A stretch of DNA of 64,000 nt. Source: an uncultured Gammaproteobacteria bacterium (lineage in GTDB: Bacteria > Pseudomonadota > Gammaproteobacteria > DRLM01). The translations under genes and the position numbers were made by a program. Below, piece by piece: positions 41,449 to 52,111 of this stretch. The notes beneath the pieces are model-generated. The model saw nothing but the letters and a program-made list of their open reading frames with translations. It searched no databases and was not told the DNA's origin. The stretch spans positions 352,001-416,000 of the forward strand of contig CAVSNY010000007.1 in assembly GCA_963729605.1 (NCBI GenBank), given 5' to 3'. Positions within the stretch are counted from its first letter, which is position 1. Every line of letters starts with the position of its first letter.

Positions 41449-41985
41449 TCACGTGGCTTCTTGGTCGGCGTCGTATTTGATGGCGGTGATCTCCAGTTCT
41501 TCTTCACCGTGAACCGTGCGCAGCGTGGCTTTATCGCCGACCCGCTTCCCCAGAATGACGCGCGCCATGGGCGCGGTGAAGGCAATCCGCCCTTCGGACG
41601 CCGCCGCCTCGTCCACGCCGACCAAGGTGTAACGGCGCTCTTCACCCGCATGATCTCCACTCAGGGCGCGGAGCGTCACCGTGGCGCCGAAGCGAATGCC
41701 TTGTTGCGGATCGGGATGAGACGCGACGACTTGCGCGCTGGCGATGCGGGTTTTGAGTTCGGCCAGCCGGGTGCCGAGCGCGGCCAGTTGCAGTTTGCGT
41801 TCCGCGTCGTCGTCGGTCTCCGCTTGCGCGCGCGTGCGCGCCTCTTCCAGTTCGGCGAGTTCGGATTTCAAAAGGGCGAGGCCGCGGGGCGTGACGTAGT
41901 TGGCCGTGCCCGGCGGCAATGGCGCGCGCGGTGGAACGAATAATTCCTCGTTCGACGCATCGTTCTTGACGAAGGCTCTGCTCAT
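41449..41985 (-). CDS. GreA/GreB-family protein
   Basis: MSRAFVK, YVTPRGL, FGATVT, VGVDEA. Confidence 0.85.
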   Translation of the reverse strand: MSRAFVKNDASNEELFVPPRAPLPPGTANYVTPRGLALLKSELAELEEARTRAQAETDDDAERKLQLAALGTRLAELKTRIASAQVVASHPDPQQGIRFGATVTLRALSGDHAGEERRYTLVGVDEAAASEGRIAFTAPMARVILGKRVGDKATLRTVHGEEELEITAIKYDADQEAT

Positions 41986-42629
41986 GGCCGGTCTCCTGTA
42001 ATGAGTAAGGACGCCCTGAATGATCCATCCTGGAATTCTCAGAGTGCGGAAAGTGAGAATAGCCTTTTTCGCCTTGCTTCACTTTCAATGGCGGTACATC
42101 CGTGCCGCCGTGGGAACCCCCGAATAAATCGGAGGTTCCACAAAAATAAAAAAATAAAAAGAGCGTTGGCCGCGCCCGTTGATCGCGTGATGCCGGTGAT
42201 ACGCGCGTAAGTAATTCAAGCCTCGCTGAGATGGAAGCCGGCGAAGGCTTGCACGCTCATGTCCATATCGGGCGGCGAATAAACGCCACGGCGCGCTCCA
42301 AATCCTCGACCGGACCATTGATCCACCCCATTTGGCCGCGCATTTTCCCCCGATGATGTTGATTAACTTAGACGCTTGTCGGAAATATTGAAAGGGGCGT
42401 ATCGCTCGGCTTTAAAAACGCGTTGCCGGTAAGCGAGGTTTACAACCTAATGTAAGAAGTACATCAAAATCCTCGCGGCGAAGCCAGGCTTTTTTTCGCG
42501 GCGATTAAAATATTTTGTTAAACCATGTGCTTTATGGATATCTAATGCGCGGCGAGCAGCGCTGGTGCGTGGCACAACAGTTGCTCCCCTGTTTCCCACA
42601 TTCATTAGATCACTGACAGGAGTCGGGAA

Positions 42630-43196
42630 ATGACACAGAAACAGCAAAATCGAGCCAAAACCAGTTCCGTCGATGCGATCGCCCTGCTGACCGAGGACCA
42701 TAAAAAGGTCCAGAAACTTTTCAAAGAATTTGAAAAGCGCTCGGATGAGGACGACGAGGAAGGTAAACAGGCGCTGGTGGAAATGATCTGCGCCGAATTG
42801 ACCATTCATGCCACCATCGAAGAGGAAATTTTCTATCCGGCGGCGCGGCGGGCCATCGAGGAAGAAGATTTGTTGGACGAGGCCGAGGTCGAACATGCGT
42901 CCGCCAAGGAGTTGATCGCGCAGTTGGAGGGCATGCAAGCCGGCGATGAATTGTATGACGCCAAGGTGACCGTGCTGGGCGAATACATCGATCATCACGT
43001 CAAGGAGGAACAAAATGAAATGTTCCCCAAAGTGAAAAAGGCCAAGCTCGACCTCCAGGCCTTGGGCGAACAAATGCTGGAACGCAAGCAAGAACTGCAA
43101 GAGGAAATGGGCCTGGTCGAGGAAGAGGACGAAGAAGATCAGGAGGAAGAAGTGACCACCCGGCGCAAAACCACCGCGCGCGCGGGCCATCGCTGA
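42630..43196 (+). CDS. hemerythrin-domain protein
   Basis: DH...HATIEEEIFYP...EH...HHVKEEQ. Confidence 0.85.
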   Translation: MTQKQQNRAKTSSVDAIALLTEDHKKVQKLFKEFEKRSDEDDEEGKQALVEMICAELTIHATIEEEIFYPAARRAIEEEDLLDEAEVEHASAKELIAQLEGMQAGDELYDAKVTVLGEYIDHHVKEEQNEMFPKVKKAKLDLQALGEQMLERKQELQEEMGLVEEEDEEDQEEEVTTRRKTTARAGHR

Positions 43197-43356
43197 CTCG
43201 GCGATTTTTTCATCGCGTGGGTGCACAGGGCGCGCATCCGGCGCGCCCTGTTTTATCGCTGTTGATCGGCGCGCTGGTTTCACCTGCGTCGGCGTCGCGG
43301 AGCGCGCGTCCGCCGTTCGGATAGCGCGAGCGTAGTGTCTCGCGAGGGATCGTATT

Positions 43357-44472
43357 TTAAGTTTTAAGCAACTCGAATGAACCCAGCGGGTGTGCCAGGC
43401 CGTTCAGCATGATCTCCACCCGGTGAGTGCCGGGATAGTGTTTTCGCGTGGTCATTTCCTTGAGTGAAACGCCTTTGCCCAGCCGCACGGTTTCCCGCGG
43501 GGCGAGTTCGACGGTTTTCAGTTTGAATACTTTCGGGCTGGTCTTACCGCTGGCCTTCACGAAGTGAATGCGGAAATCCACCAGCAGGGCTTGTCGCCGC
43601 GCGCCGGTGTTGGTGAGGTCGAAGGCGATGGTCAAGGTGTCGCCGCCGCGGGCGCGTTTGGGCGTGATCGCCACCTTTTGAATAGCCGCGCTGGCCGTGG
43701 CGCCGAAACCCAGCAGTTCCAGCGCGGCGGTTTCACCGCGTTTTAAGGCCGAACGCAGCCCATGCCGGATCAGCCATTGCCGTTCCTCGCCGGCGTTCTT
43801 CATCCAGCGCCGGGCCGTCGTCACCAGTAAATCCGGGTGATCCTTTCCAATGTCGTTGAGGTTGTTGGCGACCGAGCGGCGCACGTACAACTCGGGATCG
43901 TCCTTCAGCAATTCGAGCAGTTCAAGCACCGGCCGGGGATCTTTCTGAAAGGCGCGCAGACGCGGCGCCCACGGCAGGCGCGGGCGCGTCCCTTCGGAGA
44001 CCAGGCGGCGCACGTGCGGGTTGGCATCGCCGGCCCAGAGTTTGAGGCGAGCCAAGGTCGGCGCCGGGTGGTGCGCCAGAAACGGCCGGATGCTGAATTC
44101 GGCGGTGAAGCGCTGGGTCAGTTCGTATTGAGCGCGCATCGAAGGCTCAAAATGATCGAGCCCGTATTCGGCGACGAACAACACATGGGGCAGATACATA
44201 AACGGCGCCATTCCCAGGTTTTCGCTCCGCTCGAGTTTGGGGCCCAGCGAGGCGAGAAGGATGTCGATCGCCCGCGGATACTCGTCGGGCAGATGGCGGC
44301 GCAATACCTGGGCGAGGTGCCGGCCGCGCGGTAGCAGATCGAGCTCCGGGTACCCCTGCAATGCCTCTTTGAGAAAGGCCTTCGCCGCGAAGGGGGGATG
44401 GACCGCCGCGATCATCGCGGCGATGCGGCGCGGTATCGCCGGTCCGAAGTGATTTTTCAGCGGTTCAGCCAT
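43357..44472 (-). CDS. DNA alkylation repair protein (AlkC-like HEAT repeat)
   Basis: AEFSIRPF, HVRRLVSEGTRPRLPW, VANNLNDI, C-terminal Ig-like TTRKHYPG. Confidence 0.85.
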   Translation of the reverse strand: MAEPLKNHFGPAIPRRIAAMIAAVHPPFAAKAFLKEALQGYPELDLLPRGRHLAQVLRRHLPDEYPRAIDILLASLGPKLERSENLGMAPFMYLPHVLFVAEYGLDHFEPSMRAQYELTQRFTAEFSIRPFLAHHPAPTLARLKLWAGDANPHVRRLVSEGTRPRLPWAPRLRAFQKDPRPVLELLELLKDDPELYVRRSVANNLNDIGKDHPDLLVTTARRWMKNAGEERQWLIRHGLRSALKRGETAALELLGFGATASAAIQKVAITPKRARGGDTLTIAFDLTNTGARRQALLVDFRIHFVKASGKTSPKVFKLKTVELAPRETVRLGKGVSLKEMTTRKHYPGTHRVEIMLNGLAHPLGSFELLKT

Positions 44473-44766
44473 GGATTCCGGTCTTGCTGGGGCCTGTCAT
44501 GCGGCGGCGCTCCGCGGTGGTCCGTTTGGTGCCGCAATGATAGACGTCGGCGTGCCTACCGGACAGTGGCGTGCGAGAACGGCGCCCGATCCGCTCATCC
44601 GTCCTCACGATATTTCGTTTCCGATACTAAATATCGTGTCCACTCCCGTCCGGTTCCCATGAGTATTTTTGCCCATATCGATCTATCTCTTTGTATTTTC
44701 ATTAAATAGCCGATTGGCGCGCGGCTTGCGGTAGCGATGTCATGATCAACCAAGGGGGATTATGCC

Positions 44767-45813
44767 ATGACTCGTAAAATACACGCGGGCTTCGCCGCCG
44801 TCGTCTTGCTCGGATTCAGCGTACCGGGCTTCGCGGCCTTCGAACCTTTGCCGCTGGTGGCGCCGGCGCCACCCGACAATCCCACCACCGCCGCCAAGGT
44901 GGCCTTGGGCAAACAGCTGTTCTTCGACCCGCGTTTGTCCATCGACGGCACGGTGTCGTGCAACTCCTGCCACGATGTGAACGGCAACGGCACCGACAGC
45001 CGCGCGGTCTCGGTCGGTGTCAACGGCCAGGTCGGCGCGCGTTCGGCGCCCACGATTTGGAACGCCGCCTTCCTCAGCTCGCAATTTTGGGACGGCCGGG
45101 CGCCGACCCTCGAAGAGCAGGCCAAAGGCCCCATCCTGAATCCGATAGAAATGGGCATGCCGCACCAAGAGGCCACCGCGCAGCGCATACGGGAGATCCC
45201 CGGCTACCGTCGGCAATTCGCCGCGATCTTCGGCGGCAAGGACCCGGTCACCCTCGACAACATCGCCAAGGCCCTCGCCAGTTATGAGCGTACCCTGATC
45301 ACGCCCAACAGCCCCTTCGACCAATATCTGCGGGGCGATAAAACCGCCCTCTCCAGCGAGGCGGTGGAGGGCATGAAGGAGTTCGAGAACCTCGGTTGCG
45401 CGCGCTGCCATCGCGGTCCGGCCCTGGCGGGCCCGTCCAGCATGCCCACGGGTGAAGTGTTCTATCAATGGTTCCCGGCCTTTGCCAGCCGCTACGATCA
45501 GGAGTTCAATCTAAAAGAGGATTTAGGCTACAACGAAACCAAGACCCCCCGGCCGCACACCGGCAAATGGCGGGTGCCGACGCTGCGTAATATCGCCCTC
45601 ACCGCGCCCTATTTTCACAACGGTTCGGTGAAGACCTTGGAAAAGGCCGTGCAGGTGATGGCCAAGGCCCAGCTCAACCGCGAGATCAACGAACGGCAGA
45701 TCGCCGTGCTGGTGGCCTTTCTCAACAGCTTGACCGGCGAGTTCACGTTGCAAACCCCGCCCCAACTGCCGCCGGACGAAGACCAACCGGTGAATGTCAG
45801 TGTGAAAAAGTGA
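44767..45813 (+). CDS. di-haem cytochrome c peroxidase
   Basis: CNSCH, CARCH, QFWDGRA, VPTLRN, PYFHNG. Confidence 0.9.
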   Translation: MTRKIHAGFAAVVLLGFSVPGFAAFEPLPLVAPAPPDNPTTAAKVALGKQLFFDPRLSIDGTVSCNSCHDVNGNGTDSRAVSVGVNGQVGARSAPTIWNAAFLSSQFWDGRAPTLEEQAKGPILNPIEMGMPHQEATAQRIREIPGYRRQFAAIFGGKDPVTLDNIAKALASYERTLITPNSPFDQYLRGDKTALSSEAVEGMKEFENLGCARCHRGPALAGPSSMPTGEVFYQWFPAFASRYDQEFNLKEDLGYNETKTPRPHTGKWRVPTLRNIALTAPYFHNGSVKTLEKAVQVMAKAQLNREINERQIAVLVAFLNSLTGEFTLQTPPQLPPDEDQPVNVSVKK

Positions 45814-45829
45814 TTATCCGTCAGCAATA

Positions 45830-45865
45830 AATAAAAAGGCGCCGTCATCCGGCGCCTTTTTTATT
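45830..45865. terminator. bidirectional terminator
   Basis: AAAAAGGCGCCG-TCATC-CGGCGCCTTTTTT between convergent genes. Confidence 0.85.
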
Positions 45866-45889
45866 GAACGATAAAACGATAAGCGGATT

Positions 45890-46387
45890 TTATTCAGTCG
45901 ATCTGCGCGAATTCAGCCAGCGCTGTATGGCCTCGATTTCCGCCCGCACCAAGGCGCGCCCCTGGGCCATGACTTTCTGCTGATAAGAAGCGATTTCGAT
46001 ATGCAATTGGTCGGAGCCGGCGATTTCCGCGAGTTCTTCCGGCGTGGTTTCTCTCAATGCGGCGAGGGTGCGGTCCAGCAGTTTGGCGGGCTTCTCGATC
46101 ACCCGGTTGTACAGGGTGAGGGTGGTGAAGAAAAACGCGCCGATCAGATAGGGCGTATAAAGCGCTAAAATTGCCACCCAACTCGGGTCGGCCCCTTCGT
46201 CGCGCACCGCGGGAACGGCCACCAAGAACTGAAAACACAGGATGCACACGGCCATCACGAAGGCGACGCTCAAGAAACGTATCATTTTTGTTTTTATCGC
46301 GGCCCGCGCCTGGGCCGCTTGCTGGCGTTCGACCGTGATGTCGGCGAGGGCGGGCGGATCGCGGGTGATGTCGAACTGAAGGGCCAT
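45890..46387 (-). CDS. hypothetical 2-TM protein
   Basis: GGAG RBS, two hydrophobic segments. Confidence 0.65.
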   Translation of the reverse strand: MALQFDITRDPPALADITVERQQAAQARAAIKTKMIRFLSVAFVMAVCILCFQFLVAVPAVRDEGADPSWVAILALYTPYLIGAFFFTTLTLYNRVIEKPAKLLDRTLAALRETTPEELAEIAGSDQLHIEIASYQQKVMAQGRALVRAEIEAIQRWLNSRRSTE

Positions 46388-46753
46388 GTGGTTCTCCGGT
46401 TGAAATTCGTGTTGCACGAGCGGCGGCGTACCCCCGCGCGCGGCGCCGGACCGGCGACGGGATGTTCAGGCCACGCTCGATGAGAGGCTTTTTTAGCACA
46501 ATTCGGCCCTGCGTCATATCCGTTTTGAAGAAGGGTATGCGGCCCACCGCCGCGTGTGATGGGCCTGATTGGGCGGGGTATGGGGTGTCGGCGCGGCGGC
46601 CCTGTTTCCCTGGCTTTGCTGTGAGTTTTATCGGGGCGTGAGCGGACCGCCGCTGGGGCGTCGTCGTGGCACCGAACAGCGGATCTCCCGCTTATCGGTG
46701 AGGTGCGGGGTCCCTCGTTTCGTCTGGTTGGTTGCCGATCCGATTCATCGCGT

Positions 46754-48154
46754 TCATCTTGCCGTGGCGACCTTGATCTCGACCCGGTTGCCGCCGACGT
46801 GTTTAGCAAGATACATGGCCTTGTCAGCATGGTTGAACAGCTGTTTCTCATCGGTGCCATGTTCGGGATAGAACGCGACACCGATGCTAGGCAGAATGTA
46901 CAGGTTTTGCTGGTCCATATCGAAAGATCGGTTTAGAGCGACGCGGATTTTTTCCGCCATCATCAAGCTATTTTCCCGCGAGTGGATGCGTTCGAATAAA
47001 ATCACGAACTCATCGCCGCCGATGCGCGCCACCGTGTCCGATTTCCGCACGCATTCCTTTAAGCGTTGGGCGACCATCTGCAACAAGCGATCCCCCGCGG
47101 CATGGCCGAGGCTGTCATTCACTTGTTTGAATTTATCCATATCGAGATAAAGCAGGCACAACTCTTCATGTTCGCGCCGAGCCCTTGCCAGCGCGGTCCG
47201 CAGCCGGTCCTGTAGCAGCTCCCGGTTGGGCAGACCGGTAAGTTGATCGTATTGCGCGAGATGTTCCAGCCGGGCATACATCCGTTTGCGTTCGATGGCG
47301 GCGGCGATTTGAGTGGAAACGAATTGCAGCAGTTCTTTATCCGCGTCGGTATAACACGCGCCCTTGGTATAGCGCTGCATTACCAGCGCGCCGATGACGC
47401 CTTTGTGAGAACTGAGCGGCGCGCCAAGCCAGTACAGGGTATTTTTATTGACCGCCATTCTCGCGGGTTCGGGTAAAGTTGAAATCGTCTCCGGTGAGAG
47501 CAGCAGCATTTGTTCGCTGCGGATAACCTCGCCAATCAGCGTATCTGAATCGAGTGTGCGGGGCGCCGGCGGCTGGTGATCTCCGTCAGCCTGATAAGGA
47601 AAACTCAATTCACCGCTCTTTTCATCATAAAGCGCCACGAGAAAATCGTCGGCCGGCAGCAGCTCGCCGATGATTTGATGTACTTCCCGTAACAGGGCCA
47701 GTAAATCTTCAGTCGCGTGGGCGGCTTCCGAAATAGCGTAGAGTGCGGCCTGCATGGATTCGACATGTTTGCGTTCGGTAATGTCGCGCGCCACCGCGAT
47801 CCGCAATTGATCGGTCTCCGACCAGCGGGCCGACCACATGATGTGGACGATCCGCCCGTCTTTGCGTACGTAGCGATTCTCAAAATGAGTTACCGCTTGT
47901 CCGGCCATGATCTCGGCGGCGGCGATCTGGGTTCGCGCCCGATCGTCGGGGTGCACCATGTCTATCATCACCCTGCCGATCATCTCCTGCGGCGTATAAC
48001 CAAAAATACGCTCACAGGCGGCGCTGACGAAGACAAAACGACCCTGCGGGTCAACCGCGCAGACGGCATCGAGCAGGAGGTCCATGAAGTGGGAGGGGGG
48101 TGCATCGGTGTTTTTATTCATCTGAACAACATACTTCATTGTATTTGAGCGCAT
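46754..48154 (-). CDS. PAS-GAF-GGDEF diguanylate cyclase
   Basis: VHPDD...RKDG, DQLTGLPNR, RKSD I-site, GGDEF. Confidence 0.9.
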   Translation of the reverse strand: MRSNTMKYVVQMNKNTDAPPSHFMDLLLDAVCAVDPQGRFVFVSAACERIFGYTPQEMIGRVMIDMVHPDDRARTQIAAAEIMAGQAVTHFENRYVRKDGRIVHIMWSARWSETDQLRIAVARDITERKHVESMQAALYAISEAAHATEDLLALLREVHQIIGELLPADDFLVALYDEKSGELSFPYQADGDHQPPAPRTLDSDTLIGEVIRSEQMLLLSPETISTLPEPARMAVNKNTLYWLGAPLSSHKGVIGALVMQRYTKGACYTDADKELLQFVSTQIAAAIERKRMYARLEHLAQYDQLTGLPNRELLQDRLRTALARARREHEELCLLYLDMDKFKQVNDSLGHAAGDRLLQMVAQRLKECVRKSDTVARIGGDEFVILFERIHSRENSLMMAEKIRVALNRSFDMDQQNLYILPSIGVAFYPEHGTDEKQLFNHADKAMYLAKHVGGNRVEIKVATAR

Positions 48155-48307
48155 CAGAAAGCAGGCAAGGAGACAAGTTTATTGAATACTCAAAGCTTGA
48201 CCTGATGTTACCCTAAAAATTCCAATTACATTCCCATATTGAGGAAATTTCAGCAACCGATTTTCATATGCAATCCCATTGCCATCAAGGTTTGAGCGCG
48301 CAAACGA

Positions 48308-48682
48308 TCATGGCGTGTTTCCAACGTAAAGAATAACGGCCAAACAGGCGCCGAGTGTAGCCACGATAATGTTCACGCCGAATCCCCACTTGGCGCCGTA
48401 GCCCGATGGGTATTCCGCCGGAGCGAGGGTTTTCAAAACGATCAGATACTGCCGGGACGAGTAGGCGGCGGCAAACGCCCCCAAGGCTATGAATGCCAAC
48501 CCCAGCCAGAACGTAGCACCGGCCGTGTTGGCCGCCGCACTATTCGGGGCGAGGGCCTCGATCAATATGCCGGTACGCTCCATCACAAAGCCGAAGGCAA
48601 TCAGCGCGAGGCTAGTCCTATTCCAGGCTAATAGCGTTCTTTCAGCCGCGAAGAGAACTCTTGGGTCATTTAAATCCGACAC
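48308..48682 (-). CDS. YidH/DUF202 membrane protein
   Basis: DPRVLFAAERTLLAWNRT. Confidence 0.85.
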   Translation of the reverse strand: MSDLNDPRVLFAAERTLLAWNRTSLALIAFGFVMERTGILIEALAPNSAAANTAGATFWLGLAFIALGAFAAAYSSRQYLIVLKTLAPAEYPSGYGAKWGFGVNIIVATLGACLAVILYVGNTP

Positions 48683-48749
48683 GGTCGCTCCTGGTGCTTA
48701 ATGAAAATATCCGGCAGAGACCCCTGGAACACCTTGTTGGGCGGCATGA

Positions 48750-49226
48750 TCACCGCCGCTCCTCGACGAATGCCGCGAGCTTCTCCAGCGCCATCCTGGT
48801 GCCGAGCTCGTTGTCGGCGGGTGACACGCCTGAAGGTAATCCTTCGTAGGTCATCGTGACTTCGGTGCCGCCGTCTTTGTCGGCCAGCGCAGTCGTAATA
48901 GTCATTTGGCCCTGCATGGCCGGATCGTTCGTCTCGAACTCGTCTACTTCCACAACATACTCGTTTGGCACCAGCTTGGCGAAATGGCCGTGGTACGTGT
49001 CGATATTGTCGATGGACTTTCCGGGTTGCGATGTGTCTTGGTAGGTCAGCGAGATCCGAAACCTGCCCCCTTCGCGCGCGTCGAAAGAGTGAACGCGGCA
49101 TGACATCCCGGTCGGCACTCTCCAGGCTGCTATGGCGTCCGGATCGAGAAGTGCGCGATAAATCTTCGCACGGGGCGCACGTATGTGCTTACTAATGCGC
49201 ATTCGCGTCATTTCCATCCCATGCAA
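48750..49226 (-). CDS. SRPBCC/AHSA1-family protein
   Basis: APRAKIYRALLDP...W, DAREGG, GGTEVT. Confidence 0.8.
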   Translation of the reverse strand: MHGMEMTRMRISKHIRAPRAKIYRALLDPDAIAAWRVPTGMSCRVHSFDAREGGRFRISLTYQDTSQPGKSIDNIDTYHGHFAKLVPNEYVVEVDEFETNDPAMQGQMTITTALADKDGGTEVTMTYEGLPSGVSPADNELGTRMALEKLAAFVEERR

Positions 49227-49265
49227 GGTCTGAGTTGGGCGTATTCAATCTCATGACCGATTCAA

Positions 49266-49817
49266 TCAATCCGCCGCTTCGGGTGCGCGGAACGCCTTGC
49301 TGTAGTAGCCGGATTGGTCGAAACAACAAACCCGACTCTTTCCGGAAGCAAGCATGTCACAAGCATCGCTGATCCGTTTTGCGCGGGTCTTGGCTTGCTT
49401 GGCTGAAGCAATCCAGTGAATCCAATCCAATCGTGCAATGGTCGTCGTGTTGTTCCAAATCCTACGCGCTTCAGGTGCAGCCGCCAAAGCGTCTTGAAGA
49501 TCCGGTGGAATCTCAGGTTCGGGTTCTTGCTCCACAGGCATGATCTCCAACGTGACGATGTCGCCGACCTGCACGCCTGCGGCTTCGCGTAGCTGTCGGT
49601 TTACCAGGAGCCAATGGCTCAATCGGCCATCCGGCTCGAGTGTCGCCTGGAAAGGGTGGCCGTTGATGGTGCCGCTTACAGTCGTCCGTCCTCGTCGCGG
49701 CAAGCTTGCGCTTGCATCCTTCGGCAGCACAACGAATGCCCACGAAGCATCACCGCCGGGCTTTGCCGGACGGAGCAGTTTTGTTTTGAAACGGGCCTTT
49801 TTATCGGCTTGGGTCAT
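49266..49817 (-). CDS. YdeI/OmpD-associated (DUF1905) protein
   Basis: GTINGHPF, PPDLQDAL, WIASAKQAKTRAKRI. Confidence 0.8.
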   Translation of the reverse strand: MTQADKKARFKTKLLRPAKPGGDASWAFVVLPKDASASLPRRGRTTVSGTINGHPFQATLEPDGRLSHWLLVNRQLREAAGVQVGDIVTLEIMPVEQEPEPEIPPDLQDALAAAPEARRIWNNTTTIARLDWIHWIASAKQAKTRAKRISDACDMLASGKSRVCCFDQSGYYSKAFRAPEAAD

Positions 49818-49824
49818 CTTAGAT

Positions 49825-50379
49825 TCACACGACGCCTTCCGGCAGATACCGGAGGATGACACAGCCGTTCGAAGTTGAGCGCGCTTCTTGCAGCTGAAGC
49901 TGCTGTGTCACTCCGTCACTAAACAGTAGTCTGCCCTTACCGTAAATGACCGGGGCGATCCCAATGCGGTACTCATCAAAAAGTTTCTCGTCCATGAGGC
50001 TCTTCGAAAGCTTGGCGCTGCCGAAGACGAACATATTCCCGTTACCTTCTCGCTTCAGTCTGGCGATTTCCGCCGCCACGTTGTCCTTCACGAGTGTCGT
50101 ACGGTTCCAGGCAGGCGCTTGAAGCGTGCGGGAACAGACCACCTTCGGAAGACTGTTCATGTAATCGGCGATCGCCCCCTGGGCGGTCTGCCAATAGGCG
50201 GCCATGCCCTCGTAGGTCACACGACCGAACACAAGCATGTCGGCCGATTTGAGCAGCTCGAGTGAAAATTGCTCAAGCTCCTCGCCCCAAAGCCGTTCGT
50301 GCCAGGGCAGGTCCCAGTTCTTCACGCCCTCGAAGTAACCATCGAGCGTGATTAGATTCCACATGATGAGTTTGCGCAT
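49825..50379 (-). CDS. dihydrofolate reductase/RibD C-terminal family protein
   Basis: TLDGY, FGRVTY, GSAKL, DEYRI, GKGRLLF. Confidence 0.85.
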   Translation of the reverse strand: MRKLIMWNLITLDGYFEGVKNWDLPWHERLWGEELEQFSLELLKSADMLVFGRVTYEGMAAYWQTAQGAIADYMNSLPKVVCSRTLQAPAWNRTTLVKDNVAAEIARLKREGNGNMFVFGSAKLSKSLMDEKLFDEYRIGIAPVIYGKGRLLFSDGVTQQLQLQEARSTSNGCVILRYLPEGVV

Positions 50380-50401
50380 CGCCCGCTCTCCTTTTCCTTT
50401 C

Positions 50402-50459
50402 GTCTAACGCCCGATAACTCGCACCGCGAAGCGGCGTCGGATTGAGCGATTTGCTCAGA
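50402..50459 (-). other. attC site (degenerate R'')
   Basis: minus strand TCTGAGC-AAATC-GCTCAATC...GTTAGAC. Confidence 0.65.
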
Positions 50460-50510
50460 AATTTCCCTGCTCTACTGCGGATCACGACGACTCGCATCCG
50501 ACAGCCGGCA

Positions 50511-50996
50511 TCAACCGCGACGCGCCGCCTCAATGGTCGCGATGTCGATCTTTGACATCTCCATCATCGCATCAAACGCACGCTTGGCGGCAGCAGGATC
50601 GGGGTCCGAGATCGCTTGCAGGAGCGCGATCGGCGTGATTTGCCAAGACAGTCCCCATTTGTCCTTGCACCAACCGCACGCGCTTTCCTGACCCCCGTTA
50701 CCCACGATCGCATTCCAGTAACGATCCGTTTCGGCTTGGTCGGTAGTTGCAACCTGAAACGAGAACGCTTCGCTGTGCTTGAATGCGGGGCCGCCGTTGA
50801 TCCCTACGCAGTGAACTCCCAAGACGGTGAACGAGACGGTCAGCACGTTCCCCTGTTTGCCCGACGGAAAATCGCCTGGGGCGCGGTACACCTCGCCGAC
50901 GGCCGAATCCGGAAAAGTCTTGGCGTAAAAATGCGCCGCTTCCTCAGCGTCGCGGTCATACCAAAGGCAGATCGTGTTTTTTGCGGGGTTAATCAT
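50511..50996 (-). CDS. VOC/PhnB-like protein
   Basis: NGGPAF, EAFSF, CGWCKDKWGLSWQ. Confidence 0.9.
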   Translation of the reverse strand: MINPAKNTICLWYDRDAEEAAHFYAKTFPDSAVGEVYRAPGDFPSGKQGNVLTVSFTVLGVHCVGINGGPAFKHSEAFSFQVATTDQAETDRYWNAIVGNGGQESACGWCKDKWGLSWQITPIALLQAISDPDPAAAKRAFDAMMEMSKIDIATIEAARRG

Positions 50997-51040
50997 GGCT
51001 ATCCTCCATTGAGTAAATCACCGGATACCGAGCCTTCCAT

Positions 51041-51102
51041 GCTGAACGGTGGAAGTAACCGGTGCCGGAGCGCAGTTTGTCCGGTTGACTGGCTAGTCCG
51101 AC
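51041..51102 (-). other. attC site
   Basis: minus strand GTCGGAC-TAGCC-AGTCAACC...GGTTACT-TCCACC-GTTCAGC. Confidence 0.7.
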
Positions 51103-51106
51103 GATT

Positions 51107-51580
51107 TCACTTGATTTCAATTCCTGCCATCCGAGCAAAAGCAACAAAATCAAGTGCCGTGTTCTGATCGTGGACGATACGCCACTGGCCTTCTTGCAAC
51201 TGAAAAACGTATGTCAGCCACGTGACGATGGGCGTGTCTTCGAGCTTGGGGCGATATTGGTATTTAATAAGCGCCATTGCCACATCTTCTCCTACTACCT
51301 TGTGAACAACCGAACCTTCCCATATCCAATTTGGGTCTTTGAACCATTGCCTGTGAAGGTCGATTGTTTCGGCCGGGGTAGTGAAAGCGTGCCCATTCTG
51401 AACGATTGTATAAAGAGTGTCGCCTTTGGTGAGATGCGACTTAAACGCCTCTATATCTCTATTGGAAATGGCTGCGAAGTGTTTTTGTAGAGCCGTATCG
51501 AAATCTGGTTTCACGGGCGAGTCTCCGCTATAAGCAACGGGTGTAAAAATGCAAAGAGTGACTACGGCAAATGACAACAT
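51107..51580 (-). CDS. secreted NTF2/SnoaL-like cassette protein
   Basis: Signal peptide, WRIVHDQ C-terminal strand; bounded by att cores. Confidence 0.75.
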   Translation of the reverse strand: MLSFAVVTLCIFTPVAYSGDSPVKPDFDTALQKHFAAISNRDIEAFKSHLTKGDTLYTIVQNGHAFTTPAETIDLHRQWFKDPNWIWEGSVVHKVVGEDVAMALIKYQYRPKLEDTPIVTWLTYVFQLQEGQWRIVHDQNTALDFVAFARMAGIEIK

Positions 51581-51685
51581 ATGTCGCGACGCCTAACGTT
51601 GGCCGTTAGGCGTCGCATCCATCATGACGACATAAATAGTAGTTTCGAAAATGCCGATCGCTACCGAAACACTGCCGCTCTTACT

Positions 51686-52111
51686 CTACTTATCCATCAC
51701 GACGTTCCATGGTCCATCCGCTTGGATGAAGAACACCGCGTCCTCGTTGCCTTCCACCTTCGCCGCGTGCGGCGCCTTGTTTGTCAGGGCGAAATACGAC
51801 CCAGGGCCTAGTTTGTGATCCTTGCCCTTGGCGGTAAGCGTGATCGTGCCCGACACCACCGTAACGTAATGATCCGCGTCGTGATGATGCTTCGGCGTCA
51901 CCAATCCGACGGGATACTTAAGAAAAAAGCGGCTCGCGCCCTTCTCCATGTTGCCCGAAACGGGAGCGGCCGTTATGCCGTTTCCCATGTCCTTCCATTT
52001 GAGGTCGGCCTTCGCGACCACTACCGCCGAGTCGGCGCCGGCGGTCAGCATCGGCGTTCCCGCCATCAGCGCCGCTGAAATCGAAAGGATTAGTGCGTGT
52101 TTGAATTTCAT
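51686..52111 (-). CDS. secreted cupin-domain protein
   Basis: HHH...VVSG, LGPGSY, PH. Confidence 0.8.
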   Translation of the reverse strand: MKFKHALILSISAALMAGTPMLTAGADSAVVVAKADLKWKDMGNGITAAPVSGNMEKGASRFFLKYPVGLVTPKHHHDADHYVTVVSGTITLTAKGKDHKLGPGSYFALTNKAPHAAKVEGNEDAVFFIQADGPWNVVMDK

